The position numbers were made by a program, and so were the translations under genes. The notes beneath the pieces are model-generated. The model made no database searches. It saw nothing but the letters and a program-made list of their open reading frames with translations, and was not told the origin of the DNA. Below, piece after piece: positions 24,045 to 38,137 of a stretch of DNA of 64,000 nt. The DNA is from Antedon mediterranea (taxonomy: Eukaryota > Animalia > Echinodermata), in NCBI RefSeq assembly GCF_964355755.1, contig NC_092677.1, positions 18,374,101 through 18,438,100 on the forward strand. The letters are read 5' to 3'. Numbering within the stretch: position 1 is the first letter of the stretch; the number at the start of each line of letters is the position of its first letter.

Positions 24045-24290
24045 ACTCTTTATTTCAAGTGTTAATGCTCTTTGTTTCAAGTGCTAATGCTCTTTGTTTC
24101 AAGTGCTAATGCTCTTTGTTTCAAGTGCTAATGCTCTTTGTTTCAAGTGTTAGTGCTCTTTGTTTCAAGTGTTAGTGCTCTTTGTTTCAAGTGTTAGTGC
24201 TCTTTGTTTCAAGTGTTAGTGCTCTTTGTTTCAAGTGTTAATACCAACTCTTTGTTTCAAGTGTTAGTGTCAACTCTTTATTTCAAGTTC
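24045..24290. repeat. 22-bp minisatellite, ~10 copies, just upstream of the ORF
   Basis: (a/g)tgctctttgtttcaagtg(c/t)ta repeated with period 22. Confidence 0.95.
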
Positions 24291-24486
24291 AGTTTCAAAC
24301 ACGCTTTTCCCTGCAACAAATTTCTCCTTGTCAAATCTGAAAAAGAAAAAAACAACAAAAAAATATTATTTTCACTCATTCATCTAGTTTCATTTGATTA
24401 ACACAAATAATGTAGGCGTTACTAATTTTCAATGAACACTGGGAACGTAAAATTGAGGGAAGGTAAAATCAGAGTATGTAAAATAA

Positions 24487-25235
24487 GGAACGCCTCCTCT
24501 GCCTTTAGTTCACATTTATCATGCAGTACACACCAATGGTCATGCAGTACACACCAATGGTCATGCAGTACACACCAATCGTCATGCAGTACACACCAAT
24601 CGTCATGCAGTACACACCAAACGTCATGCAGTACACACCAATTGTCATTCAGTACACACCAATCGTCATGCAGTCAAATATTACGTCAACGCCACCTATC
24701 GACAAAATCGAATATCACATAACGTTTATTAGACGGCTGTAAAACTAAGACTATTTATTATTTCTTTTATGGAATTCAATAATTGCCATGGCCTCCTAGC
24801 CGCACCTACGTCCTATAGATTCCTAGATTTCTTTAATAGTTTTGCTAGCCATTTTAATCATAAAGCACGTGCGGTGTAGTAGTAGACAGCGTGAGTTGAA
24901 TAGCTTTAGTTTTACAGTCGTCTAATAAACGTCACGTGATATTCGATTTTGTCAATAGGTGGCAGTATAAATTACGAAATATTTGACTGCATGACGATTG
25001 GTGTGTACTGCATGACAATCGTATGTACTGCATGACCATTGGTGTGTACTGCATGACGATTGGTGTGTACTGCATGACGTTTGGTGTGTACTGCATGACG
25101 ATTGCTGTGTACTGCATGACGTTTGGTGTGTACTGCATGACGATTGGTGTGTACTGCATGACGATTGGTGTGTACTGCATGACCATTGGTGTGTACTGCA
25201 TGATAAATATGAACTGAAGGCAGAGGAGGCGTGCC
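24487..25235. mobile_element. Foldback-type MITE with long TIRs containing 21-bp tandem arrays
   Basis: Left arm acgcctcctctgcctttagttcacatttat(catgcagtacacaccaatcgt)n..aaaactaa; the right arm (~24905-25235) is its inverted copy with more repeats. TSD not resolved. Confidence 0.8.
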
Positions 25236-26037
25236 ATAGTAAAACACAGGTTCTCCTGTAATAATATTCTATGGCTTAAATTAAAAAACTGGTGTAAATA
25301 TGTAAAAACAAGTAACAAACATTATACAATACAGTAATAAAATAAACAAATTATATAAATTATTATTTTAAAAACAAAAGTTACACAAACATCACTTACG
25401 TAAACAATGTAGACAACAGGTGTAAGTAACTGCTATTCTCAAAAATCCAAAAAGCAGCTACAATCTATAAAATAGAAACATACAGATAAATTACAGCAAT
25501 ACATATTGCTACTACCACATGCTTCTCAAACAAGATTTGAAGAACTAAGAAATTTCCTTAAAATAACAATCAAACTTTAGCTAATGTGCTATTTCATTAG
25601 GACCTACATTTTCCCACACAGTAAAACACTAATTGAATGCCTAATTAAGTCTATACAAACAATTAAAACACTCATTTTTTTATCTTATTGTAAATCTCTC
25701 ATTGATACAACATAACAAAAACCAAAGGTGTGCTTTTCCTTTATACCTGTACTTACACTATTTAAATAGTACCAAATAAAAAAAAAAACAACTTCTGATT
25801 CAGTGCAGTAATGCTGGTACGCAACAAGCAGGTAATCAGTAGTTACTACAGTCCTTCGTAAAATCTATAAAAAAAAAGTATTAATTCAATTAATAATAGC
25901 AAAACCATGTAAAATGAATAAAAAACAATAAAAATAGTGTTTGCATTGTATTCAATAACAAAGAAGATGCTAACTAAGTAACCATCAACATTATTAAAGA
26001 ATTAATAAAGGCTAGCTACTAGGTAGGCCTATAGGCT

Positions 26038-27242
26038 TGTCACACCAAAATCAGTCCGGGGACCATTTATGGCTGCCAAAACCTATCCGGCCAGACCAAT
26101 TTTGGCCGCCAAAACTGGTCCGGTCTGGATAAAATCGGTCTGGGCAGTAGGACTGTTTTTGGCCGCCAAATATGGCCCGGTCTTACAAATATATGGTGTG
26201 CAAAATGATTCATAATGCATATACTGTATCATTAAAAAAAGGCCATGATTAGTCATTATATTGAAAACTATGGGGTTTTATTTGTTATTTTAAATTTAAT
26301 ATTATAAATTAAGCCTGTTTTTTTTAGTTCTCATTATTAGTAGTAACTCATCAATAATAAGTACTAATTGTTAGGCTTTTTGTATACAATGTGTATCTCT
26401 GCCTGTTTTTAATCCATTTTGTTCTTTTTTAACATCTTCGTTTCCCCATGATGTTAAAAACAATTTAATTTATCATTTATTTATGGTTATGCACTTGTCA
26501 ATTGTATGACTCACTATACGAACCCCGGGAGAGGTGCGTCATTTACAAATAATTACTCACGCAGGGGTGCGTCAAAAAACCTAGATGGTACGTCACATCA
26601 ATGAACAAGGTGCGTCAATGTCCGTCACTTTACCACCCACCATATCATAAACAACATGGTCACAGTACGTCAAAATGGGTGCGTCATGGTCACCTAAAGG
26701 TAAGTCACCTTTTTGACGCACGGGTACGTCATGGTATTGAAAAGTATGACACACATCGGACAAATGACTCACCTCTCCCGGGGGTCGTATAGTGGGTCAT
26801 ACAATTGACAAGTGCATTAATCAATCAATATATCAATTCAATACAATTATTATAAAACAATTATCCAATATGGATTAGGCTGAGGAAGGAAAAAGGGCTC
26901 AATCATAAATAAAATCTAGCTGGCAATATCAGCATCTCATACCCGTTCATGTGAGTGTGTAGCAGGCCCAAATATGAGTGAACACCTAAGTCATGTTTTT
27001 AGATAAAATACATTTATTTATAGTATTTATCTGACAAGAAAACTTACTAATATATATCATGGGATATTTTTCTAGCCATAAACAACTTAAAACAGCATCA
27101 TAGACCTAGTAATTCAATTAAAATCGACAGATGAAAAGCCCGGACCGATTTTGGCAGTGGCGGACTGCTTTTGGCCACAATTTTAGAGCCAAAACTGGTC
27201 CGGCCGGACCGATTTTGGCCCCGGACTATATTTATCGTGACA
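26038..27242. mobile_element. Non-autonomous TIR element with TGT..ACA ends and 4-bp TSD (Ginger-like)
   Basis: GGCT|TGTCAC..agtccgggg at left, ccccggact..GTGACA|GGCT at right; subterminal ccaaaactggtccgg / ggaccgattttgg repeats. Confidence 0.7.
26490..26816. mobile_element. PIF/Harbinger-type MITE nested in the previous element
   Basis: TTA|TGCACTTGTCAATTGTATGAC.. and ..GTCATACAATTGACAAGTGCA|TTA; ~55-bp imperfect TIR, TTA TSD. Confidence 0.85.
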
Positions 27243-27785
27243 GGCTATTGTAGTTAGTACTGTACTACTATTCACTAAGACTAGGCAAACACCAGTATCT
27301 TAAGAAACACTTGTTTTAATCATTACACATTACTACACCTAATACACAAAACAGTATGTAGTATTGCTACTTGACCAATCAATCTATCCCATTCTACAGT
27401 TTGCATCATCAGGATTTAACTTTACAAAAATGACTTCCGTAGTACCAAATTATCTTTTTTCCAGGAACACAATGACCTCAAAAACCCTATACGATTCTAT
27501 TCCAGATCTATATGCTATTTTTGTTTAACTAAAGTAACAGATAGGGTAAGCCTACTAAACTAGGCCCTAGTCTATAATACTGTAATACAATACGCACGAC
27601 CGTGGACGTACTGTACTGCATTCCTGCACATACAGTTGTTGTACAACTGTGGAAACTGTGTATACTTCGCGTCGACTTGACTAGGGGCCGACTTGACTTT
27701 GGCCGAGACGGTTTAGAACCGAGTTAAATCAACTTCAATCTCTCTTTTTAGGGTATTAATCCTCTTTATACCTAGGTCTAGGCCT

Positions 27786-28862
27786 GGGTGTCACGAAACC
27801 TCAGACCACGAAAGCTCAGACCCCCTAAGACCTAAGATCACGAAAGCTAAGACCCAACACCTAAGATTACAAATACTAAGATATACTACAGCTTAAAAAC
27901 AATACTTGTTTATCCATACATAATTTTAAACACAGTAGGTTTCATTTATTACCATAAATATAATTTAATACTACCGCAAAACATAGATAAACTCACATTA
28001 TTTTCGCCCGTTGAGTAAATGTATATTTTTTCTTTACAACAAACAAACTTGACGGGTTGTTTGTTGGTATATATTTACTCCATTGTGTTGGTTCAGAGGA
28101 TGTTTTTCTTACGCACCTGCCTTTCTTGTATTTTGACTCCAAATTTGTTGACTAACTTTATCCTGAACACCACACTTTAAAATTAGGACTTATAAGTACT
28201 TTCAGAAGGAGAAACACATAATAACAAATAAATAAATCCTTTAAATTGATGATTTTACAGATGTGTTTCTTTGTACTGTTTACTGTAATGACAATGTAAC
28301 TCCTCGAGCTCCCCATGCTAAATGTTTTTGTTTCTATGGAGCGCCAAAAGAGCAACAATAATAGTACAAGTATAAAAACAGAAAGAAAACGAAACAAAAA
28401 AACTTATCATGATTTTTAAATTATAATTTATTTGCCAGTATTTATTTCTTCGTACTTGCATGATTATACTATGATCATTACAATTTTAATTTTACATTGT
28501 TCCATCCACACTGTAGATGGACTCCACAGAGTTTTCAGCCCTCTATATAATTTTTGCTCTTTTGACGTTCCATAGAAACAAAAACATTGAACATGGCCCA
28601 TGTACTGTAGGCTAGTCATTTTGTGTGCGAGAAAAACGTCTTTAAAATCATCAATTTAAAAATGTATTTGTTACTTTTTATGTGATTCTTTTTCATGAAA
28701 GTGCCAATTCTAAGGTGTGGTATTCAGAATAAATTTTGGGAGTTAAAATACAAGGCAGGTGCGAAAGATAAATATTTGTAATCTTAGGTGTTGGGTCTTA
28801 GCTTTCGTGATCTTAGGTCTTAGGGGGTCTGAGCTTTCGTGGTCTGAGCTTTCGTGACACCC
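27786..28862. mobile_element. Mutator-like (MULE) MITE
   Basis: ~90-bp near-perfect TIRs GGGTGTCACGAAA.. / ..TTTCGTGACACCC; 10-bp TSD GTCTAGGCCT at 27776-27785 and 28863-28872. Confidence 0.88.
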
Positions 28863-31800
28863 GTCTAGGCCTAGCTACATTCCTATGCCTAGGCTAGTTC
28901 TAGGAGGCGCGCCTATAGATACTGATAACTTATTATTATTGATTTAATTACAAATCAACAATCCTAATTGAACCAACAATATCTTACCTATATTTATATT
29001 TTACTAAAATCAATTTTCTTGAAATGTCAGTAATCTTTGTTTCCGAAACAAAATAATTTCCCCGACTGAAAAGGGTCTACGCTTGCGCGCGGACGCACAC
29101 TGCACATTTTCTTAGCTCCATACCCACCTGCGATAAACAATATAGGCCTACCTCTTCGCCTGTGGGTACCGTACGTTTTACGTTCCCGTATATTAATTTT
29201 TTTATGCTACAATTTACCCGATATTTTGAACTTTTATTTTTTTAATTGAAAAATATGGATAGAATCATCACGCATCGTTTTTTTGTACGCAGTATTTTAT
29301 TTGCGCATTATAAAAAATGGAAAAAGTGGCTACCCTAAATCTGATTTAAAAGCCCTCAAATGACGCTATAACACGTTGCTTCCTTGGCGTCCCCCAGCCT
29401 GAAGATGCTCGTCGGGGAATGTAGCCCCCGCATCGGGAAGATCATGGCACCACCACTGCCTATAACATGTTATACGTTAGCAAATAAATCGTAACACCAT
29501 ATGAATCTGTGCGTATCTTTAAGATAAGCTTCACATACGTACGCGTGGCGTTTGTTGGGCGGATAACTAACTCGTCAAAGTGACGAGTTTCATGTCTAGT
29601 TCTTCTTTCTTTCCCTGAATTTTGTTGGCAGCGTATCTCTAATTCTGGCAAACAGAAGATTGTGTAACTTTTTCAAAAGATTGACCTGTAGCTGTAGATG
29701 TGCAGGACGTTTCGTTTTTTGACTTTAGAGTCGCGCAGCGTAAGTTACGCGCGATTTTGTGAATTTTGCGTATTTAACATAGATTGAAAACCAAAAAGCA
29801 ATTTTAATTGAAACTTGGCAAAAGTGTAATTTATATCATGCGCTAACTTTCTATGGATTTAAAATGGCACTTTTCCAAAAAGTTACGCGCGCACGCGCCT
29901 TTAAAATTTCAAAATGCGAAAATTCAATTTCTAATCAACTTTCTACGCGTTTCAGGTCATTTTGAGCATTTGAAAAATTCCCACGCGTGCGCAATTTTTT
30001 TACGCGCGCGTGCTCACGTAGCGCAAAAACATCTTTTTTTTTGCTTGATTTTTGTTTTTCCTGTCTTTTTTTAGTAAATTTACCAACTTTCAAACAATTT
30101 CGACTTAAAATCACGTCATACGAGCACGTAGAATTAAACAATTTGCGCACGTTTTTGATGAAAATGTTCAAAAATTCATGAAAATTATGCTTTTTTTAAA
30201 ACAGTCATAGATTGTAAACTACGAGGTGAACTTTTTTTAAATTACACATTCTGGAAGTTGATGAGTTGTAGATATCGAATCATGCATCGATATGGCTAAC
30301 AGGACATAGTGACGTCATCGTATGGCCACTCAAATATAAAATATAGGATTTTTGTATCTTTCGTCATAGCTCATCACATTTAATAGAGCGCATCTCCACT
30401 TATCCTAATTCCATTTCCCTCCATTTTTTTATATTGTCTATGCCAATCAATTATCTTTCGCATGATATACCGTTTTTAAAATTGTGATGACGTCATCATG
30501 TCCAAAAGCGTCAATAACTTGGGCCACTTATTTTCACATATTCTTCACTGTATGTAGTACGTATACAATATATAGTGTATACTGTGTATACTTAGACGTG
30601 ACGTAAAATAGAGAGCGCACTAACATTTTTTCAATGGCGTAATGGTTTTCTCTGCGCAATATTCTAACGTATGACGTGCACGTGGCGTTTGCGGATAACC
30701 TAACTCGTCCGTAGTGACGAGTTCAAATCTAGTTGGTTATCCGCACTTGGCGGATAACCTCTTGTTATTGTCAGGATCTTTTTTTTTTTCTTTTTTTTTT
30801 TTTTTTTCTATCTTATTCTTCTTTCTTTCCCGGAATTTTGTTCGCAGCGTATCTCTAATTCTGGCCAATATAAGATTGTGTAACTTTGTCATAAGATTGA
30901 CCTCTAGATGTAGATGTGCAGGACGTTTCGTTTTTTAACTTTAGAGTCGTGCAGCGTAAGTTACGCGCGATTTTATGAATTTCAATGATTGATCATAGAT
31001 TAAAAATCAAAAGTCATTTTGTATTGAAACTTTGTGAAAATTTAAGTCATATCAAGCGCAAACTTTGTATGGATTAAAAGTGGCATGTTTTACAAAAAGT
31101 TACGCGTGCACGCGCGTTTAAAATTTCAAAATGCGAAAAATCAATTTCTAATCAACTTTCTACGCGTTTCATGTCATTTTGAGCATTTGAAAAATTCCCA
31201 CGCGTGCGCAATTTTTTTACGCGCGCGTGCGCACGTAGCGCAAAAACATCATTTTTTTGCTTGATTTTTGTTTTTCCTGTCTTTTTTAGCAATTTTACCA
31301 ACTTTCAAACAATTTCAACTTAAAATCACGTCATACGAGCACGTAGAATTAAACAATTTACGCGCATTTTTGATGAAAAAGTTCAAAAATGTGTCAAAAT
31401 TATGCCTTTTTTTAAACAGTCATAGATTCTAAACTACGTGGTGAACTTTTTTAAAATTACATATTCTGAATGTAGATGAGTTGCAGATATCAAATCATGC
31501 ATCCATATGGCTAACCGGACATTGTGAGGTCATCGTATGGCCACTGGAATATAAAATATAGGATTTTTGTCTCTTTCGCATAGCTCATCACGTTTAATAG
31601 AGCGCATCTCCACTTATCCGTATTCCATTTCCCCCCATTTTGTTATGTTGTCTAGGTCAATCAATTATCTTTCGCACGATTCACCATTTGAAAAATTGTG
31701 ATGACGTCATCATGTTCAAAAGCGTCAATAACTTTGGTCACTTATTTTCACCTATTCTGCACTGTATGTAGTAGGTATACAATATATAGTGTTATACCGT

Positions 31801-31997
31801 ATATACTCAGACGTGACGAAAAATAGAGAGCACACTGAAATTGTTTCAATGCCTTAATTGTTTTTCTGCGCCCAATATTCTAACGTATGACGTGCACGTG
31901 GCCTTTGCGCTGCGGATAACCTAACTCGTCCGTAGTGACGAGTTCAAGTCTAGTTGGTTATCCGCACTTGGCGGATAACCCCTTGTTATTGTCAGGA

Positions 31998-32029
<32 letters not shown>

Positions 32030-32542
32030 CTTTATTCTTCTTTCTTTCCACGAATTTTGTCCGCAGCACATCTCTATCTTCTGGCTAACATAAGATTGTG
32101 TAACTTTGTCATACGATTGAGCTATAGCTGTAGATGTGCAGCCAAGCTTTTGGACAATTTTGGAGTTGCGCAGCGTAAGTTACGCGCGATTTTATGAATT
32201 TCAATGATTGATCATATATTGAAAACCAAAAGTCATTTTTTATTGAAACTTCGTGAAAATTTAAGTTATACCAAGGGCAAACTTTCTATGGATTAAAAAT
32301 GGCATGTTTGACAGAAAGTTACGCGCGCACGCGCGTTTAAAATTTCAAAATGCGTAAAATCAATTTCTAATCAACTTTCTACGCGTTTCAGGTCATTTTG
32401 AACATTTCAAAAATTCCCACGCGTGCGCAAATTTTTTACGCGCGCGTGCGCACTTAGCGCAAAAACATCTTTTTTTTGCTTGATTTTTGTTTTTTCAGCC
32501 TTTTCTAGTAATTTTACCAAATTTTCAATCAATTTCGACTTA

Positions 32543-33469
32543 CGCCCGTATTCTTAAACCGGACTTTAGTCGTAGTTCGAAGTTCGACTTGGAAAAGTCG
32601 TAGTTCGAGCTATTACTTCAAATTCGATTCAAAAACGAAGTAGTCGAAGTTTGCAGTTCGACTTAATGAAGTCGAGCTTTTAGTCGAGTTGCACACGTCT
32701 GGGTAACAAAGGCTATACATTGGCCAATGACAAGAGAGTATTTGAGGAGCAGACGAAATTTTGCGCATTGATATCACTTTCCATTTCTTACAACACTTTT
32801 TACGCATCAGGACTATATACATGAAAAATAATTTTAATCGTTAATTATTAGAACAATATCAGTATTAATTTAACAGTGAAGTATATTTGATTAACAACAA
32901 ATAAAATCTTAAAAATATATTTAGGAACCATGGCGGTACGGTAACTTTTATATTTTCTAGGCCCCCAACAAAGTATGATCGCCACGAACCACGCACTTCA
33001 TAGCGTGACAAGAAAGCGCTAGGCCCCCTAAACATTCCATCGCGTGGTGAATTGCCGCATCTCCCATTGTCGCTATGGCGTGACGTAGCTCAAGTCGGAC
33101 TTGCGCGAAGAAAATAATGTAATTTGTATACAGTTGTAAATAAAGATGATTTTCATTACTATAATTTATACCAATGTATATTTAATTAAGCTAATATAAA
33201 TATAGATATTTCATTCTTCAATATCTGGCCAATATAACAACTCAATGACTGTTACGTTTTTTATAAACATCGTTTAAAAACCATTTAGTCGACCATTTAG
33301 TCTGCCCCCTCCAGGACTAAAAAAATCGATCAAAATCCGTCTCGATTTAGTCGAGGTTGGCCTGATTTAGTCGGTGATTTAGTTGAAGTTCGGTTTATGA
33401 ATTAAAATGACGTCATTTTTTTAGTTTTAGCTCGAACTACGACTAAAGTCCGGTTTAAGAATACGGGCG
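32543..33469. mobile_element. PIF/Harbinger-type MITE inserted in an array unit
   Basis: Perfect 38-bp TIR CGCCCGTATTCTTAAACCGGACTTTAGTCGTAGTTCGA; TTA TSD; the empty site ttcgacttaaaatcacg is seen in neighbouring units. Confidence 0.93.
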
Positions 33470-35366
33470 TTAAAATCACGTCATACGAGCAGGTAGAATT
33501 TAACAATTTGCGCGCGTTTTTGATGAAAAAGTTCAAAAATTCGTCAAAATTAGACCTTTTTTTAAACAGTCATAAATTCTAAACTACGTGGTGAACTTTT
33601 TTAAAATTACATATTCTGGAAGTAGATGAGTTGTTTTTCTCGAATCATGTATTGATATGCCTAACCGGACATTGTGACGTCATCGTATGGCCACCCGAAT
33701 ATAAAATATAGGATTTTTTTCTCTTTCGTCATAGCTCGTCAATTTAATAGAGCGCATCTCTACTTATCCTTATTCCATTTCACTCAATTTTTTTATATTG
33801 TCTAGATCAATCAATTATCTTTCGCATGATCTACCATTTTAAAAATTGTGATGACGTCATCATGTTCAAATGCGTCAATAACGTTGGTCACTTATTTTCA
33901 CCTATTCTGCACTGTATGTAGTACGTATACAGTATATAGTGTTATACCGTATATACTTCTTAGACGCGACGCAAAATAGAGAGCGCACTAACATTTTTCA
34001 ATGCCATAATCGTTTTTTTTTTTTGCGCTCAATATTCTAACGTATGACGTGCACGTGGCTTTTGCGCTGCGGATAACCTAACTCGTCCGTAGTGACGAGT
34101 TCAAATCTAGTTGGTTATCCGCTCTTGGCGGATAACCTCTTGTTATTGTCAGGATCTTTTTTTTTTTTTTTCTTTTTTTTCTATTTTCTTCTTTCTTTCC
34201 ACGAATTTTGTTGCTAGTGTATCTCTAAATCTTCTTAACATAACATTGTATAACTTTATCAGAAGATTGATCTCTATCTGAAGATGTCGTAATAAGGTTT
34301 TCGGTCACGTCCGAGTTGCGCAGCGTAAGTTACGCATGATTTTATGAATTTCAATTATTGATCATAGAATAAAAACTAAAAGTCGTTTTGTATTGAAACT
34401 TGGTGAACATTTAAGTCATATAATGCGCAAACTTTCTATGGATTAAAAATGGCAAGTTTCACAAAAACTTACGCGCGCACGCGCGTTTAAAATTTCAAAA
34501 TGCGAAAAATCAATATCTAATCAACTTTCTACGCGTTTCATGTCATTTTGAGCATTTCAAAAATTCCCAAGCGTGCGCAATTTTTTTACGCGCACGTGCG
34601 CACGTAGCGCAAAAACATCATTTTTTTGCTTGATTTTTGTTTTTCCTGTCTTTTTTAGAAAATTTACCAACTTTCAAACAATTTCGACTTAAAATCACGT
34701 CATACGAGCACGTAGAATTAAACAATTTACGCGCATTTTTGATGAAAAAGTTCAAACATTTGTCAAAATTATGCCTTTTTTTAAACAGTCATAGATTCTA
34801 AACTACGTGGTGAACTTTTTTATAATTACATATTCTGGTAATAGATGAGTTGCAGATATCAAATCATGCATCAATATGGCTAACCGGACATTGTGACGTC
34901 ATCGTATGGCCACTCGAATATAAAATATAGGATTTTTGTCTCTTTCCTTGTAGCTCGTCACATTTAATATAGCGCATCTCCACTTATTTGTATTCCATTT
35001 CCCCCCATTTTTTTATGTTGTCTAGGTCTATCAATTATCTTTCGCACGATTCACCATTTCAAAATTGTGATCACGTCATCATGTTCAAAAGCGTCAATAA
35101 CTTTGGTCACTTATTTTCACCTATTCTGCACTGTATGTAGTACGTATACAGTATATAGTGTATACCGTATATACTCAGACGTGACGAAAAATAGAGAGCA
35201 CACTGAAATTGTTTTCAATGGCATAATCGTTTTTCTGCGCGCAATATTCCAACGTATGACGTGCACGTGGCTTTTGCGCTGCGGATAACCTAACTCGTCC
35301 GTAGTGACGAGTTCAAATCTAGTTGGTTATCCGCACTTGGCGGATAACCCCTTGTTATTGTCAGGA

Positions 35367-35403
<37 letters not shown>

Positions 35404-36549
35404 CTTTATTCTTCTTTCTTTCCACGAATTTTGTTCGCAGCGTATCTCTAATTCTAGCCAACATATGATTCTATATTCTTTGTTATAAGATTGGCCTGTA
35501 GATGTAGATGTGCATGACATTTTTTTTTTCGAATTTCGAGTCGCGCAGCGTAAGTTACGCGCGATTTTATGAATTTCAATGATTGATCTTTGAATAAAAA
35601 CTAAAAGTCATTTTGTATTGAAACTTGGTGAAAATTTAAGTCATAATATTCTCCAACTTTCTATGGATTAAAAATTGCATGTTTGAAAGAAAGTTATGCG
35701 CGCCCGCGCGTTTAAAATTTCAAAATGCGTAAAATCAATTTCTAATCAACTTTCTACGCGTTTCAGGTCATTTTGAGCATTTCAAAAATTCCCACGCGTG
35801 CGCAATTTTTTTACGCGCGCGTGCGCATTTAGCGCAAAAACATATTTTTTTTGCTTAATTTTTGTTTTTTCAGCCTTTTCTAGTAAATTTACCAATTTTC
35901 AATGGATTTTGACTTAAAATCACGTCATACGAGCACGTAGAATTGAACAATTTGCGCGCGTTTTTGATGAAAAGTTCAAAAATTTGTGAAAATTATGCCT
36001 TTTTTTAAAAAGTCATAGATTCTAAACTACGTGGTGAACTTTTTTTAAATTACATATTGTGGAAGTAGATGAGTTGTAGATATCGAATCATGCATCAATA
36101 TAGCTAACTGTACATTGTGACGTCAACGTATGGCCACTCAAATATAAAATATAGGATTTTTTTCTCTTTCGTATAGCTCATCACATTTAATAGAGCGCAT
36201 CTCCACTTATCCGTATTCCATTGCCTTCCATTTCTTTATATTGTCTAAGTCAATCAATTATCTTTCGCATGATTCATTAGTTTAAAAATTGTGATGACGT
36301 CATCATGTCCAAAAGCGTCAATAACTTTGGTCACTAACTTTCACCTATTCTGCACTGTATGTAGTACGTATAGAGTATAATATAGTGTATACCGTATATA
36401 CTTAGACGTGACGCAAAATAGAGAGAAAACTAAAATTGTTTCAATGGCATCATCGTTTATCTGCGCGCAATATTCTAACGTACGACGTGCACGTGGATTT
36501 TGCGCTGCGGATAACCTAACTCGTCCGTAGTGACGAGTTCAAATCTAGT

Positions 36550-38137
36550 TAGTTATCCGCATTCAGCGGATAACTCCTTGTAACTGTCCTGTGTCTTTTT
36601 TTTTTTTTTCATTATTCTTCAGTCTTTCTCCCTCACTTTTTGTGCAGAGCGTATCTCTAAAATGGGCAAACATAACATTTCATAACTTTGTCAACATATG
36701 GAGATTTACGTGAAGTTGTGCACCTCCTATTTTTGAATGACGTCAGTGTTGCGCAACATGACTTACGCGCGTTTTTATGAATTTACAGATAATAACATAG
36801 ATCGAAAACCATATAACAATTTAAATTGAAACTTTGCAAAAGTTTAATTTATATCAGGCGCTAACTTTCTGTTGAAAAAAAGTTGCGTGTTTTACACAAA
36901 GTTACGCGCGCACGCGCATTTAAAATTTCAAAATGCGCAAAATTAATTTCTAATCAACTTTCTACGCGTTTCATGTCTTTTTAAGCATGTAAAAAATTCC
37001 CACGCATGCGCAAATTTTTACGTGTGCGGTGCGCACGTAGCATTAAAAACATATATTTTTCGCGTGATTTATGTTTTTCCAGCCTTTTCTAGTAATTTTA
37101 CCAACTTTTAAACAATTTCGACTTAAAGTTACGTCATACGAGCACATCGAATTGGACAATTTGCGCACGTTTTTGATGAAAAAGTACAAAAATTTGTCAA
37201 AATTATGCCTTTTTTTAAACAATCGTAATTTCTAAACTACACGGTCAACTTTTTGTGGATGACATATTCTGGAAGTTGATGAGTTGTAGATATCGGATCA
37301 TGTATTAATATGGCTAACCGGACATTTTAACGTCATTGTATGGCCACACGAATATAAAATTGAGGATTTTTGTATCTTTCGTCATAGCTCATCACATTTA
37401 ATAGAGCGCATCTCCACTTATACATTTTCCATTTCACCCCGATTTTGATATTGTCTAGGTCAATCAACTATCTTTCGCATGAGTTAAAAATATTTTAATT
37501 GTTATGACGTCATCGTGCCTAAAAATTTAAATTACATGTGGCATTAATTTCATCTTTACAGTAAATTTTAATCTGTTATAGCTCGTAAGAATAAAATGTG
37601 ATAATCACGATTAAAACTTTTTCTGGAAGCTATTGGATTGTAGATACGAAATTATGTAAAGATGTTGCCAATCGGATGTTGTGACGTCATCATATGGCCA
37701 GTTAAATAAAAACGGTCGTATTTTCATCTTTTGCGTCATAATTCATTACATTTAAAAGAGCGCGCATCAATATTTCACGTATTCAAATTTCCTCTACACG
37801 CTAATACGTTGTTGCTGAGATAATTTCCCTTCGGAATTGCTACCTTCGCGTTTCATTTTAAAACCGTCAACATGTTAAAAATTGGAATAAATGGCGGGTC
37901 CCGTAATTTCACCTATTCTACACTGTATGTAATATGTATACAGATTATACTGTTTGCATGTATACTAAATGACACAAAATTGACAGAATTCAGCACTAAC
38001 AGCATATCATATTCTTCAGTTCTTGTCATAATGCCATAATCTTTATCTGTGTGAAATATTCCAACGTATGACGTGCACGTGGCGTTTGTCGTTGTGCGGA
38101 TAACTAACTCGTCAAAGTGACGAGTTTCATGTCTAGT
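36550..38137 (+). mobile_element. B-type non-autonomous Helentron unit (~1.59 kb)
   Basis: Head TAGTTATCCGCattcaGCGGATAACT; tail GCGGATAACTaactcgtcaaagtgacgagtttcatgtCTAGT. Confidence 0.88.

Larger units (their letters stand above)
6845..29600. mobile_element. Complete autonomous Helentron (endonuclease-encoding Helitron2-type), B-type ends, ~22.8 kb
   Basis: Head TAGTTATCCGCttagtaGCGGATAACT at 6845; tail GCGGATAACT + AACTCGTCAaagTGACGAGTT + tcatgtCTAGT at 29559-29600. Inserted between two Ts with no TSD; contains the RepHel-EN ORF on the minus strand. Confidence 0.85.

Noticed and set aside
24204-25318. Repetitive peptides such as MQYTPIV and CSTHQSS
   Set aside because: Translations of 21- and 22-bp tandem repeats, open in several frames on both strands
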